Positions 10,084 to 20,476 of a stretch of 64,000 nt of DNA are shown in pieces. The notes below the pieces were generated by a model. That model was not told the origin of the DNA, did no database searches, and was given only the letters and a program-made list of their open reading frames with translations. Origin of the DNA: Spirochaetia bacterium (lineage in GTDB: Bacteria > Spirochaetota > Spirochaetia > UBA9216); the NCBI GenBank assembly GCA_963677925.2, contig CAXXYH010000004.1:1280001-1344000 (forward strand). Reading direction: 5' to 3'. Within the stretch, counting starts at the first letter, position 1, and every line of letters starts with the position of its first letter. Both the position numbers and the translations under genes were made by a program.

Positions 10084-10908
10084 ATGTTTTATAACTATGA
10101 AATACCTGAAATAATAAATAAAACTAAAGAAATACGAAAAAATATTATAATGATGAATGCCTATGCAAAGGGAGGGCATACAGGCAGTGATCTCTCTGAA
10201 GCTGATATTCTGGCATCATTGTTTTTCAGGGTATTACAGATTCCCATATCAGATAAGCATGACTATGGTGATAATACCTTTATTCAAAGTAAGGGGCACG
10301 GTGTAGGCGGATTTTATGCTACACTTGCTGCCATGGGGGTCTTAAAGCAGGAAGATCTGAAAACCTATCTTTCTTTTAACTCATTTTTACCGGGGCATCC
10401 GGTAAAAACAAAACAGCCCTTCATAAATCTTAATACCGGAGGTCTGGGGCACGGGCTGCCGGTTGCTGTCGGGATGGCCATAGGAAAGAAAAAGAAGGGT
10501 GCAGACGGTGTTGTGTATGTTCTCACGGGTGACGGTGAGCTTCAGGAGGGAAGCAACTGGGAAGCTGCCATGGCGGCATCCAGATTCGGTCTTGATAATC
10601 TTGTAGTGATTGTGGATCGAAACAGGCTGCAGCTTGCTGATAAAACAGAGAGTATTATGGGGCTGGAGCCTTTGTGTGAAAAATGGGAAGCTTTCGGCCT
10701 TGAAGTTCTGAGTCTTGATGGAAATAATGTAGCTGAAATTGTCTCCGGACTTGAATCGCTTGACCATCGCAACGGGGTTCCCAAGGTTGTAATTGCCAAT
10801 ACGGTTAAGGGGAAGGGGATCTCATTTATGGAGAATGTTCCTGAATGGCATCATAAGTATCCTGATAATAAACAGCTTAAACAGGCTTTATTGGAGATAG
10901 CGGAATGA
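10084..10908 (+). CDS. Transketolase N-terminal subunit (AptA-like, apulose-4-phosphate transketolase candidate)
   Basis: GGHTGSDLS, SKGH, TGGLGHG, ThDP motif GDGELQEG...DRN, TVKGKG, WHH. Confidence 0.9.
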   Translation: MFYNYEIPEIINKTKEIRKNIIMMNAYAKGGHTGSDLSEADILASLFFRVLQIPISDKHDYGDNTFIQSKGHGVGGFYATLAAMGVLKQEDLKTYLSFNSFLPGHPVKTKQPFINLNTGGLGHGLPVAVGMAIGKKKKGADGVVYVLTGDGELQEGSNWEAAMAASRFGLDNLVVIVDRNRLQLADKTESIMGLEPLCEKWEAFGLEVLSLDGNNVAEIVSGLESLDHRNGVPKVVIANTVKGKGISFMENVPEWHHKYPDNKQLKQALLEIAE

Positions 10909-11849
10909 CAGGTTTACGTGAGACAATAATCAGTGAACTGATGGCAATGGCCGAAGAAGGCTGGAATATTCAGGTGCTTGTAAGTGATTCTACCTCTACT
11001 TCCAAAGTGAAGCCCCTGCAGGATAAATATCCCGACAGAATAATCAATGTAGGGATTGCTGAGCAGAATCTTATTGGTGTTGCTGCCGGTCTGTCTCTTG
11101 AGGGCTTTATTCCGGTAACCGCGAATGCTGCACCATTTCTTGTGGGAAGAGCAAATGAGCAGGTAAAAAATGATATAGCGTATTCAAACAGCAATGTCAA
11201 AATGCTTGGACTTAACGCCGGTGTCAGCTATGGGGCCTTGGGGAGTACTCATCACGCGATAGATGATATTTCGATTATGATGGGGTTCGGCAATATTGAA
11301 ATTTATTCACCTTCTGACCCTGTAGAGGCGGCAGGAATGATTCGTTATGCAGTTGAGCATACCGGGCCTGTGTATATAAGGCTGGACAGTCAGGCATATT
11401 CCAGCCTGCATGATGATACATATGTATTTTTACCGGGTGAGCTGGATGTCCTTATACCCGGCGATGATGCTGTTTTATTTGCAACCGGTTCGGTTGTATG
11501 CGAGGCGGCGGCAGCGGCTGAGAAACTGAAAGCATGCGGAATTGATTTGAAAGTTGTTTCAGTACCTAGTTTACACCCCCTGCGTAAAGAGGCTGTAATT
11601 GAACAGATAAAACCAGGCTGTTTAGTTTTTACAGCGGAAGAACATTCTGTACACGGAGGACTTGGTTCAATTATATCAGAGATAATAACTGAGGCAGGTT
11701 TATCTGCGAAATTATACAGATGCGGAATACCATCTCATGAATTTTCTATTGCCGGCCCTCAGAAAGAAGTCTGGGCCTATTACGGGTTTGATGCAGAGGG
11801 TCTCTGTCTGAAAATTAAAAATGCATTAAAGGGTAAACATGATGGATAA
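10905..11849 (+). CDS. Transketolase C-terminal subunit (AptB-like)
   Basis: NVGIAEQN, GSTHHAIDD, GPVYIR, EEHSVHGGLG; ATGA overlap with upstream gene. Confidence 0.9.
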   Translation: MTGLRETIISELMAMAEEGWNIQVLVSDSTSTSKVKPLQDKYPDRIINVGIAEQNLIGVAAGLSLEGFIPVTANAAPFLVGRANEQVKNDIAYSNSNVKMLGLNAGVSYGALGSTHHAIDDISIMMGFGNIEIYSPSDPVEAAGMIRYAVEHTGPVYIRLDSQAYSSLHDDTYVFLPGELDVLIPGDDAVLFATGSVVCEAAAAAEKLKACGIDLKVVSVPSLHPLRKEAVIEQIKPGCLVFTAEEHSVHGGLGSIISEIITEAGLSAKLYRCGIPSHEFSIAGPQKEVWAYYGFDAEGLCLKIKNALKGKHDG

Positions 11850-13332
11850 AATTATTCTTGCTGTTGATCAGGGAACCAGTGGAACAAAAGCTATTGTTTA
11901 TACTCCGGAAGGTGTTCCGTTGGCAAAGGGCTTCACTCCTGTTAAAACAAATTACCCGGCTTCTGGTTTTGTTGAACAAAGTCCAATTGAGATAGTGTCT
12001 AGCTGTATTGAATCTGTTAAAAGGGCCCTTGAAAATCTTGAAAGTGCAACTGATTATAATCGTGACGATATTTTTTCCTGTGCTATTACCAACCAGCGTG
12101 AATCATTTCTTCTCTGGGATGCTGAAGGGGTTCCTCTTTCTGAAGTCATAAGCTGGCAGTGCAAGAGGTCTGTTGATATCTGTCGAGAGATTAAATCTGC
12201 CGGAAAAGCCGGTCTGATCAGGGAAAAGACAGGGCTGCCGGTGGACCCGTATTTTTCCGCTTCCAAGCTGACCTGGCTTTTACGGAATAAGCCGGCATTG
12301 AAGAAAAGAAATGATGTATACTTTGGTACTATCGATACATGGCTTTTATTTTTTCTTACCGGCGGACAGCGTTATGCATCTGATTTTACCAACGCCTGCC
12401 GGACTCAGCTGTTTGATATACACTCTCTTGCCTGGGACCACGAGCTTGTTTATTTATACGAGGCCGATAATATAAAATTTCCCGAGCTGCTGCCTTCCGA
12501 TGCTGAATTCGGAAGGTCTGATTTTAACGGCTTATTTAAAAACAAGCTCCCTATTCATTCCGTAATCGGAGATTCGCACGCTGCGGCATTCGGTGAATTG
12601 TGCTTTGAACCGGGAGCTGCAAAGATAACGATGGGGACAGGCAGTTCTTTGCTTATGAATGTGGGAAATAAGCCGGTAAAGTCCTGTTCAGGTATGGCTG
12701 AAACTCTATGCTACACAGCCGGAACAGAAACTGTGTATGCACTCGAAGGGATAATTGTTTCCTGCGGTTCACTTATAACCTGGCTTAAAGATTCTCTGGG
12801 AATTATCGAAGGTTCTGCAGATTTATATTCTGCTCCAGGGGATATCTTAGACAGCGGAGGTGTACAGTTTGTCCCTGCATTAGGGGGGCTTGGTGCTCCT
12901 TTCTGGAAAATGGATGAAAAAGGTTCCTTTCACGGGCTTGGCTTTGATACCTCAAAAGCTCAGATACTGCATTCGGTTTTTGAGTCGATAGCATTTCAGG
13001 AAGTTTCAGTAATAAGAGCTATGGAAGCGGATGCTGCTGAAATTGCAGAGATGGGTAAAAATGGTCCCCTTTATATTGACGGCGGGGTTTCCGGAAACCC
13101 ATTAATAATGAAAATGATTGCTTCGCTTCTCGGCCGTCCTGTACATGTTGTTCTTTCACCCGACACATCACCTCTGGGCGCAATGCTGCTTGCATGTCTG
13201 GGTTCCGGGATATATAATAGCATCAACGAAATTCAAAGGCTGGAACTTCCACGGCAAACATATATTCCTACAGAAAATGACAATCTTCAGAAAAGTTATC
13301 ATGCATGGGAGAGCACAGTTAAAAGGTCGTAA
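11839..13332 (+). CDS. FGGY-family (glycerol-kinase-like) sugar kinase, apulose kinase candidate
   Basis: AVDQGTSGTK, ITNQRE, SWQC.R, DPYFSASK, GDSHAA, GLGAPFW, IDGG. Confidence 0.87.
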   Translation: MMDKIILAVDQGTSGTKAIVYTPEGVPLAKGFTPVKTNYPASGFVEQSPIEIVSSCIESVKRALENLESATDYNRDDIFSCAITNQRESFLLWDAEGVPLSEVISWQCKRSVDICREIKSAGKAGLIREKTGLPVDPYFSASKLTWLLRNKPALKKRNDVYFGTIDTWLLFFLTGGQRYASDFTNACRTQLFDIHSLAWDHELVYLYEADNIKFPELLPSDAEFGRSDFNGLFKNKLPIHSVIGDSHAAAFGELCFEPGAAKITMGTGSSLLMNVGNKPVKSCSGMAETLCYTAGTETVYALEGIIVSCGSLITWLKDSLGIIEGSADLYSAPGDILDSGGVQFVPALGGLGAPFWKMDEKGSFHGLGFDTSKAQILHSVFESIAFQEVSVIRAMEADAAEIAEMGKNGPLYIDGGVSGNPLIMKMIASLLGRPVHVVLSPDTSPLGAMLLACLGSGIYNSINEIQRLELPRQTYIPTENDNLQKSYHAWESTVKRS

Positions 13333-14094
13333 ATGCTTGCGGAAGAGAGAAGACAGAAAATATACAGGCTGATAGAAGAAGAGGGAAGCGCCCGGGTCAG
13401 CCGCTTAAGTGAAGTATTCAAGGTTACTGAAAACACTATCAGAGTTGATTTGGATTTTCTGGAAAAAGATAATCTGATAGTGAAAAAGCACGGCGGGGCT
13501 GTTCTGGCTAATGTATCGCAGAAGGTCCGGCAGCTATCGCTTCAGCACTGTGAAAATATGGACTTGAAAGAACGTATTGCCTTAAAGGCTGCTGAGTTTG
13601 TAGAGAACGGTGAAACCATTATCATTGATTCAGGTACCACGACAACAGAACTGGCCAGAAAGCTCATTCATAAACATAATCTGATAGTTATTACCAATTC
13701 TCTTAACATAGCACTCATTATAGGAGGTGAAACCAGTTTTGAGCTGCATGTAACCGGCGGTGAATTTAAAGCCCCGACTCTTTCTCTTACCGGAGACCGG
13801 GCTGCTATGTTTTTTTCGAATCTGCATGCCAGTAAGCTTTTTCTGGCTACCGGAGGAATTGCTGAAGGCGGCGGATTAACCTATCCCGGACTGAATGATA
13901 TCCCGGTGAAAAAGGCTATGCTTGAGTCGGCAAAAGATGTCTATCTTCTGGCTGACTCAACCAAAATCGGAAAGAATGCGTTCGCAGCAATTCCTGATGC
14001 CATGCAGTATGTTGATTACCTGATCACCGATCAGATGGTTGTTGATCCTGAAAAATACGGGCTGACTGAAGATCGTATTATTATTGCAGATTGA
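13333..14094 (+). CDS. DeoR/GlpR-family transcriptional regulator
   Basis: ERRQKI, VTENTIRVDL HTH, HGGA, IDSGTT, TNSL, ADSTKIG. Confidence 0.93.
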   Translation: MLAEERRQKIYRLIEEEGSARVSRLSEVFKVTENTIRVDLDFLEKDNLIVKKHGGAVLANVSQKVRQLSLQHCENMDLKERIALKAAEFVENGETIIIDSGTTTTELARKLIHKHNLIVITNSLNIALIIGGETSFELHVTGGEFKAPTLSLTGDRAAMFFSNLHASKLFLATGGIAEGGGLTYPGLNDIPVKKAMLESAKDVYLLADSTKIGKNAFAAIPDAMQYVDYLITDQMVVDPEKYGLTEDRIIIAD

Positions 14095-14110
14095 CCGCAG
14101 CCTGTAATAA

Positions 14111-14154
14111 CTGAGACAATTTTAAAACCTGGAAAGTTTTGAAATTGTGATCTT
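14111..14154. repeat. REP-like palindromic element, copy 1, between convergent genes
   Basis: ACAATTTTAAAAC-CTGGAAA-GTTTTGAAATTGT hairpin; related inverted copy at 51267-51310. Confidence 0.7.
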
Positions 14155-16400
14155 TATCTGTTTTTCAGTTTACTGAGTAGTTCCTGAACCTTCTTCTCCG
14201 GCACCATTTCGGGGTTGAAGAGTGACAGCGCTCTCAATGGCATGAAATGTGCCATCTGTTCGAGCATGTCGTTTTCGCCCAGATCGAGTTCCGGAAAAAT
14301 CTGCAGATCAAAGTCCTTCATTACGTCTTTGAGATCAGGATCAGACATCAGATCTCCGAACATTGTGTTTTGATCATAGTGTTTTTTTATAGATGCTGTT
14401 GATTTTACATTTACCGAAACACTGCGGCGAATATCTGCTGATGAAGCTCCTGCCAGGATTTCAAACTCACCTGATTCCACATACCAGTCTCTTATATCTG
14501 TATTGTAGAAGGCAAAAGCCCTTTTCCGAAGTTCAAATTCAATAATCTGAGACTCACCTGGCTCAAGGGAAATCTTGTTGAATGCTTTAAGTTCCTTGTC
14601 GGGCCGGACTACTGAGGATTTGGAATCTCTGATATAAATCTGTACAATTTCTTTTCCTGCAACTGTTCCGGTGTTTTTTATTGTCAGGCTGATTTTGACC
14701 GTTTCGTTATCAGAGATAGAGTTTTTATCCACTCTTAATTCTGAATATTCAAATGAGGTGTATGACAGCCCGTGACCGAAAGGGAAGAGGACGGGGATTC
14801 CTGTTTTGTCATAGTAACGGTAACCTATAAACAGGCCTTCACGGTATTCAACTTTGTTATGTCCTCCCGGAAAGTTTGTATGAGACGGGTTCTGGCCAAG
14901 AAATACCGGAAAGCTTTCAGCCAACTTTCCGGAAGGGTTAACCTTTCCGAATATAATGTCTGCGACAGCTCCGCCTGCGGCCTGGCCTCCGAGGTAGCCT
15001 TCGAGGATCGCTTTGACTCTGGAAATCCACGGCATCTCGACAGGGGCTCCGTTGGCCAGAATTATAACTATATTATTGTTTACTTCAGCTATCGCATTTA
15101 CGAGAGTGTTCTGGTTGGAAGGCAGCCCCATATCGGATCTGTCATATCCTTCTGATTCGATCCGTTCAGGAAGGCCGATATACAAAATTACAGTATCAGC
15201 TTCTGATGCGGCTTTAACTGCTTCTGAAATCAAAGCACTGTCGGCATCATCGGTGCTTAATGAGTACCCGCGTGAATAGGTTATGTCCGCACCGGTTCCG
15301 GCATTCTGAAGCTCATCAAATGGAATTTCGATTCTTGTAGGATTAATGTGAGAACTGCCTCCGCCCTGGTATCTGGGTTTCTTTGCAAGTTCACCGATGA
15401 CTGCTATTTTTCCTGATTTTTGAAGGGGCAGAACTGAATCTTCATTTTTAAGCAGAACCAGACATTCACCGGCAACTTTGCGTGCGAGTTTGTGATGTTT
15501 TTCGCTGTCAAAAACTGAAACTTCTTTTTTCTCTGAAACTGCCTTGTTTATTATTCCAAGTAACCTGCGTACTGCTTCATCCAGGACGTCCATCTCAAGC
15601 TCGCCGGAGTTTACTGCTTCTATGATTTTTCGTATACCTGTTCCGTTGCTTGACGGCATTTCAAGCTCAAGGCCGGCTTTAAGTGCATCAGCACGCTCAT
15701 TGACGGCTCCCCAGTCCGAGACTACAAATCCTTTATATCCCCATTCCTTTCTGAGAATTTCATCCAGAAGGTAGGCATTTTCGGAACAGTATTCGCCGTT
15801 GAGACGGTTGTATGCGCACATAACAGTCCATGGCCCGGCATTTTTAACCGGCCCCTCAAATCCGGGGAGATATATCTCCCTCAGGGTTCTTTCGTCAACC
15901 TCGGAGGATATTGTCATTCTTCTTGTTTCCTGGTTGTTTGCGGCGAAATGCTTTATGGATGTTCCTATGCCTTTACTTTGAACTGCATTAACGTAACTTG
16001 CAGCAAGTTCTGAAGTTAAATACGGATCTTCCGACAGGTATTCAAAATTTCTTCCGCAGAGAGGTGATCTTTTAATGTTGAGAGCCGGTCCAAGCAGTAT
16101 TGATACGTTTTCAACAAGCGCTTCAACAGCGAGTGCATTCCCTACTTTTTCCAGAAGGGTCCGATCCCAGGAACAGGCCAGACCTGCTCCTGAAGGAAAA
16201 CATGTGGCGGGTACACTTTTCGATACACCCAGATGATCAGCTTTTTCGGCCTGTTTTCGCAAGCCGTGTGGGCCGTCACTGACCATTATTGAAGGAACTC
16301 CAAGCCGTTCTATACCATGAAGATGCCAGAAATCTTTTCCGCAGCACATTGCTGCCTTTTCTTCGAGAGTCATCCCGCTTATTATCTTTTCTATATCCAT
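14154..16400 (-). CDS. GH3 beta-glucosidase with C-terminal Fn3-like domain
   Basis: DGPHGLR, GRNFEY.SEDP, KHFAAN, SDWG nucleophile, ESEGYDR, FPFGHGLSYT; no signal peptide. Confidence 0.93.
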   Translation of the reverse strand: MDIEKIISGMTLEEKAAMCCGKDFWHLHGIERLGVPSIMVSDGPHGLRKQAEKADHLGVSKSVPATCFPSGAGLACSWDRTLLEKVGNALAVEALVENVSILLGPALNIKRSPLCGRNFEYLSEDPYLTSELAASYVNAVQSKGIGTSIKHFAANNQETRRMTISSEVDERTLREIYLPGFEGPVKNAGPWTVMCAYNRLNGEYCSENAYLLDEILRKEWGYKGFVVSDWGAVNERADALKAGLELEMPSSNGTGIRKIIEAVNSGELEMDVLDEAVRRLLGIINKAVSEKKEVSVFDSEKHHKLARKVAGECLVLLKNEDSVLPLQKSGKIAVIGELAKKPRYQGGGSSHINPTRIEIPFDELQNAGTGADITYSRGYSLSTDDADSALISEAVKAASEADTVILYIGLPERIESEGYDRSDMGLPSNQNTLVNAIAEVNNNIVIILANGAPVEMPWISRVKAILEGYLGGQAAGGAVADIIFGKVNPSGKLAESFPVFLGQNPSHTNFPGGHNKVEYREGLFIGYRYYDKTGIPVLFPFGHGLSYTSFEYSELRVDKNSISDNETVKISLTIKNTGTVAGKEIVQIYIRDSKSSVVRPDKELKAFNKISLEPGESQIIEFELRKRAFAFYNTDIRDWYVESGEFEILAGASSADIRRSVSVNVKSTASIKKHYDQNTMFGDLMSDPDLKDVMKDFDLQIFPELDLGENDMLEQMAHFMPLRALSLFNPEMVPEKKVQELLSKLKNR

Positions 16401-16406
16401 ATTTAT

Positions 16407-17534
16407 TTACTTTTCAACGACAATTACTTCGTTTCCCCTTACTTTATAATTTGTTATTATCTCCTGATTGGCGGAAATCTCTTCCATGTAGGACACTATT
16501 TCGTTAAATTCGGGGTTCTCTGCGGTAAGGACAAAGGGGTTTGATGCTTCATCAAGCTGAACAGGCAGAAATGAGACCGCTTTTATTTCCTTGTCACGAA
16601 TATTTACCTTGATAATCAGGGACTTGTAAGAGTCGGGAGGCATGGGCCTGTTAGGAGCATCCTTCCATGCTTTGTTCAATTCCTGAAGTTCCTTATGCTG
16701 GGCGGTATTATGAAGATCCAGATTCTCTGCAAACAGGAAGGGAGGATCAAGCGCAAAGTTGGCCATACTGTAGATTATTGCTTTGCCCTTATATATCTCA
16801 ATAGGTTTGAGAATGTGGGTGTGATGACCCAGGATTATATCCGCGCCGGCTTCAATTGCTGCATAGGCCCCGATTTTCTGATATTCGGCGAGTATTGCAG
16901 GTACAAAGTGAATACCCCAGTGGAAAGACACTGCGACGATATCCGCCTGCTTGCGGATCTCTTTTATATCGCTGGTCATTGCCTGAAGATCCTCCCACAG
17001 CGGAAAGCTGTGCAGTCTCACCGGTGTTTCAGGCTGATCGTGTTCTATCCGCTCAAATGCAGTTAATGCCCGAAAGGGGGCGCATCCCGGGCGATCTTTA
17101 GTTGCGAAATAATTCTGTGGAATTATTGAATTGTAGCCCAAAAAGGCTATTTTTGTATCCCCCAGGGTGACTATTACCGGTTTTCTGGCTTCCTGCAGAT
17201 TTGCTCCGGCTCCGATAACCTTCAAATCATTCGCTTTAAGGTTTTCAATAGTATCGAAGAAGGCCTCACGGCCCCAATCCATGCAGTGGTTTGTTGCAAA
17301 ACTTATAACATCAAATCCGGCTGCTTTAATAGCTTCGGCGCCTGCGGGGTTTCCTCTCATCGGAAGCCTGGCCTGGGGTAGGGGCGTTCCAACATTTGAC
17401 AGACATGGTTCGAGCTGGCCGAACAGCAGATCCCCGTTTTTGAGTGTTTCCCGTACTCCATTAAAAATTGAATCGGGGTTATCCCTGTTCGTACCGATAT
17501 CTCCGACAGCAAGTAGATTGTATTCCTGTTTCAT
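16407..17534 (-). CDS. CapA-family metallophosphoesterase-like protein (cytoplasmic)
   Basis: AVGDI, GQLE, ATNHCMDWG, SFHWG, GHHTH, YSMANF; no N-terminal TM segment. Confidence 0.85.
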   Translation of the reverse strand: MKQEYNLLAVGDIGTNRDNPDSIFNGVRETLKNGDLLFGQLEPCLSNVGTPLPQARLPMRGNPAGAEAIKAAGFDVISFATNHCMDWGREAFFDTIENLKANDLKVIGAGANLQEARKPVIVTLGDTKIAFLGYNSIIPQNYFATKDRPGCAPFRALTAFERIEHDQPETPVRLHSFPLWEDLQAMTSDIKEIRKQADIVAVSFHWGIHFVPAILAEYQKIGAYAAIEAGADIILGHHTHILKPIEIYKGKAIIYSMANFALDPPFLFAENLDLHNTAQHKELQELNKAWKDAPNRPMPPDSYKSLIIKVNIRDKEIKAVSFLPVQLDEASNPFVLTAENPEFNEIVSYMEEISANQEIITNYKVRGNEVIVVEK

Positions 17535-17560
17535 TTTTCAGACTTCCTTTTAATATTTAT

Positions 17561-19585
17561 TTAGTAAAGAAAACATGAGGCAAAATGGCCCGGTTTAACT
17601 TCTTTAAGCTCCGGCACTTCTTCGCTGCAGCGTTTTGTTGCGTGTTTACACCGGACATGGAAGGGGCATCCCGAAGGTATATCCTTTGGGCTTGGAACTT
17701 CGCCGGGCAGCATTATCCTGTTTCTGGTCAGTTCAATATCGGGATCCGGGATTGGGATCGCCGAGAGCAGTGCCTGGGTATAGGGGTGCATTGGATTTGC
17801 ATATAGCTCATCCCAGCTGGTTTTCTCCACAATTCTTCCGAGATACATGACTATGATCCGATCACTTATATGCTGGACTACTGAAAGATCATGAGCTATA
17901 AACAGAAATGACAAGTTCAGTTCTGCCTGCAGCTTTTCCAGAAGATTGATAATCTGGGCCTGTATTGAAACATCAAGAGCTGAGACGGGTTCGTCGCAGA
18001 TTATAAGTGAAGGTTTGCTGGCTAGTGCACGTGCAATACCGATTCTCTGGCGCTGGCCGCCGGAAAGCTCATGAGGCGACATCGGCATCAAGGATGGATT
18101 TAGTCCGACCTGTTCAAACAGCTCGGCTACCTGAGTATTATAATCCTTCTTATCCTTTACATACTTGTGCACTATAAGCTGCTCGCCGACAATGTTGCCG
18201 ACTGTCTGCCTTGGATTAAGTGAGCTGAAAGGATCCTGAAAAATCAGCTGGAATCTGCTTCGTTTATGTCTCAGCTTTCGATGCGGCATAACGGCAATGT
18301 TGTCGCCCTCAAACATGACGCTTCCCGCTGTAGGATCAACCAGACGAAGTATGGAGCGTGCAATAGTAGTTTTTCCGCATCCGCTTTCACCGACAAGCCC
18401 CAGGGTTTCACCTCTGCGTACCTGGAAAGACACATTATCGACAGCTTTTACGTATTTCTGTTTTCGGCTGCCTGCAAATGCCTTTCTTTTAACCGGGAAA
18501 TAGGTTTTCAGGTTTTGTACGTCAAGAAGAATTTCATCTGAGATTTCCCGATTCAATCTGAAATTCAGTGTAGCTTCGGCTCCCTGCTTGCTTATTCTTC
18601 TGTTGTAGCAGGCTGCAAAATGGCCCGGAGAAACTTCCGACAGCGGCGGTCTGCCGCTATTCCGGCATACATCAAGAGCCTGGCAGCACCTCTCCATGAA
18701 ACTGCATTCTTCCGGTTTCTCCTTCAGTGACGGAGGCAGGCCGGGGATGGGTGTAAGGTTATGGTCCTTGCTGGCATTCAGGCTGGGTATTGAATTAAGC
18801 AGTCCTACTGTATATGCGTGGCGCGGGTTCCTGAATAATTCGGTTGTAGGTCCTGATTCTACAATGGAGCCTGCATACATTACATAGATCCTGTGAGCGT
18901 ATCTTGCTACAATTCCAAGATTGTGGGTAATGATGATAAGGGCTACCTGAGTTTTGTTCACTATATCCTGCATCAGTTCCAGAATCTGGGCCTGAGTTGT
19001 TACATCCAGGGCTGTGGTTGGTTCATCTGCTATAAGGAGTTTAGGGTCGCATGAAAGCGCCATCGCGATCATGATTCTCTGTCTCATACCTCCTGAAAAC
19101 TCATGCGGATAGGAGTCGCAGCGTTCTTCGGCGTCCGGAATTTTAACCATTTTCAGAAGCTCAATCACACGGCTGCGGGCTTCTTTCCTGTTCATACCTT
19201 TATGGCGTATAAGTGATTCTGAAATTTGATCGTTAACGGTCATTACAGGGTTCAATGAGGTCATCGGTTCCTGAAAGATCATCGCAATCCTGCCGCCGCG
19301 AATGTCCTTGAGTTCTCTGCTCTTTCGTTTCAGGCTGAGCAGATCTTTTTCTTCAAACAGGACCTCGCCATTTTCAATCATGGCAGGCGGCACCTGCAGA
19401 AGCTGCAGTGCACTGAGGTTTGTTACTGATTTACCGCTGCCGCTTTCTCCGACAATGCTTATTATTTCACCGGGATTCACATGAATAGAGACTCCGTTTA
19501 CTGCATGCACAGTACGGTTTCTGGTTTTAAATGTAGTTTCAAGATCTTTAATTTCAAATAACGGCTTCTGTTCTGTCTGCACCAT
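17561..19585 (-). CDS. Fused double ABC ATP-binding protein (DppD+DppF)
   Basis: Two NBDs (GESGSGKS/FSGGMRQR and GESGCGKT/LSGGQRQR), each with a Cys-rich tail; AAGGAG RBS before ATG 19585. Confidence 0.92.
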   Translation of the reverse strand: MVQTEQKPLFEIKDLETTFKTRNRTVHAVNGVSIHVNPGEIISIVGESGSGKSVTNLSALQLLQVPPAMIENGEVLFEEKDLLSLKRKSRELKDIRGGRIAMIFQEPMTSLNPVMTVNDQISESLIRHKGMNRKEARSRVIELLKMVKIPDAEERCDSYPHEFSGGMRQRIMIAMALSCDPKLLIADEPTTALDVTTQAQILELMQDIVNKTQVALIIITHNLGIVARYAHRIYVMYAGSIVESGPTTELFRNPRHAYTVGLLNSIPSLNASKDHNLTPIPGLPPSLKEKPEECSFMERCCQALDVCRNSGRPPLSEVSPGHFAACYNRRISKQGAEATLNFRLNREISDEILLDVQNLKTYFPVKRKAFAGSRKQKYVKAVDNVSFQVRRGETLGLVGESGCGKTTIARSILRLVDPTAGSVMFEGDNIAVMPHRKLRHKRSRFQLIFQDPFSSLNPRQTVGNIVGEQLIVHKYVKDKKDYNTQVAELFEQVGLNPSLMPMSPHELSGGQRQRIGIARALASKPSLIICDEPVSALDVSIQAQIINLLEKLQAELNLSFLFIAHDLSVVQHISDRIIVMYLGRIVEKTSWDELYANPMHPYTQALLSAIPIPDPDIELTRNRIMLPGEVPSPKDIPSGCPFHVRCKHATKRCSEEVPELKEVKPGHFASCFLY

Positions 19586-19616
19586 TTTCTCCTTTTGTAT
19601 CTTCAGCAAATATTTG

Positions 19617-20459
19617 TCATGCCAGGTTTTTAACATGGGGATCCAGAGCATCACGAATCCCGTCACCAAAGAGATTGAATGATAAAACTACAACCATAAT
19701 TGCCGCACCCGGTGCTATTGCCTGTACAGGGTTCGTAAAAAGATAGCTGGCTCCATCGCTGACCATGCTTCCCCAGGCTGCGGTAGGCGGTTCAACGCCT
19801 AAACCCAGAAAGCTTAGTGTTGATTCAACCATAATTGCCATACCCAGATTCATTGTGATCATTACAAGCAGCGGAGAGATTGTATTGGGAATTAAATGCT
19901 TTAGAATTATTCTTGCCTCACTGCTTCCTACTACCTTCTGTGCTGTTATATAGTCGCTTTTTCGAACTGCTATAACCTGGCCGCGCATCATTCTGAGATA
20001 AGCTGGAATAAGTGTGATGCCTAAGCCTATCATTATGCTTTTCAGGCCGCCTCCGATCGCCGTACCGACTGCCATGGCAAGCAGTATTGGAGGTATAGAA
20101 AGCATGGCATCTGTGAATCTTGAGAGAATAGTATCTATAATTCCTCCGAAGTATCCGGCAAAGATGCCAAGTGTGCATCCGATCGAGCCGGCAATAAGGA
20201 TTGCGACTACTGCTATCAGCAGAGAACTTCTGGTTCCGAACATGATCCTTGAAAGCGTATCCCTTCCGAACTGGTCAGTTCCAAGCAGATGTTTTGCAGA
20301 AATCCCCTGCAGCCGCTGTGTCAGATCTATTTTATAGGGATCGTAGGGGGATAAAAGAGGAGCAAATAAAGCGCATATCAGCAAAAGCAGGATAACTGCA
20401 AAGCTGACGATAATAATTTTACGAATAAACAGTGTTCTCATTATTTCCTGAATTTTCAT
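19617..20459 (-). CDS. Opp/Dpp-family ABC permease (DppC-like)
   Basis: HLLGTDQFGRD, DYITAQKVVG, GDGIRDALDP. Confidence 0.92.
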   Translation of the reverse strand: MKIQEIMRTLFIRKIIIVSFAVILLLLICALFAPLLSPYDPYKIDLTQRLQGISAKHLLGTDQFGRDTLSRIMFGTRSSLLIAVVAILIAGSIGCTLGIFAGYFGGIIDTILSRFTDAMLSIPPILLAMAVGTAIGGGLKSIMIGLGITLIPAYLRMMRGQVIAVRKSDYITAQKVVGSSEARIILKHLIPNTISPLLVMITMNLGMAIMVESTLSFLGLGVEPPTAAWGSMVSDGASYLFTNPVQAIAPGAAIMVVVLSFNLFGDGIRDALDPHVKNLA

Positions 20460-20476
20460 TTAAGTACCTGTTCCCT

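Noticed and set aside
11839-13332. Glycerol kinase glpK
   Set aside because: It has WQC and GDSH rather than the typical GlpK WQD/GDQQ pattern, no glpF or glpD nearby, and is coupled to split transketolase genes.
16407-17534. Poly-gamma-glutamate capsule synthesis locus
   Set aside because: There is no capB, capC or capE and no membrane anchor, and the context is catabolic.
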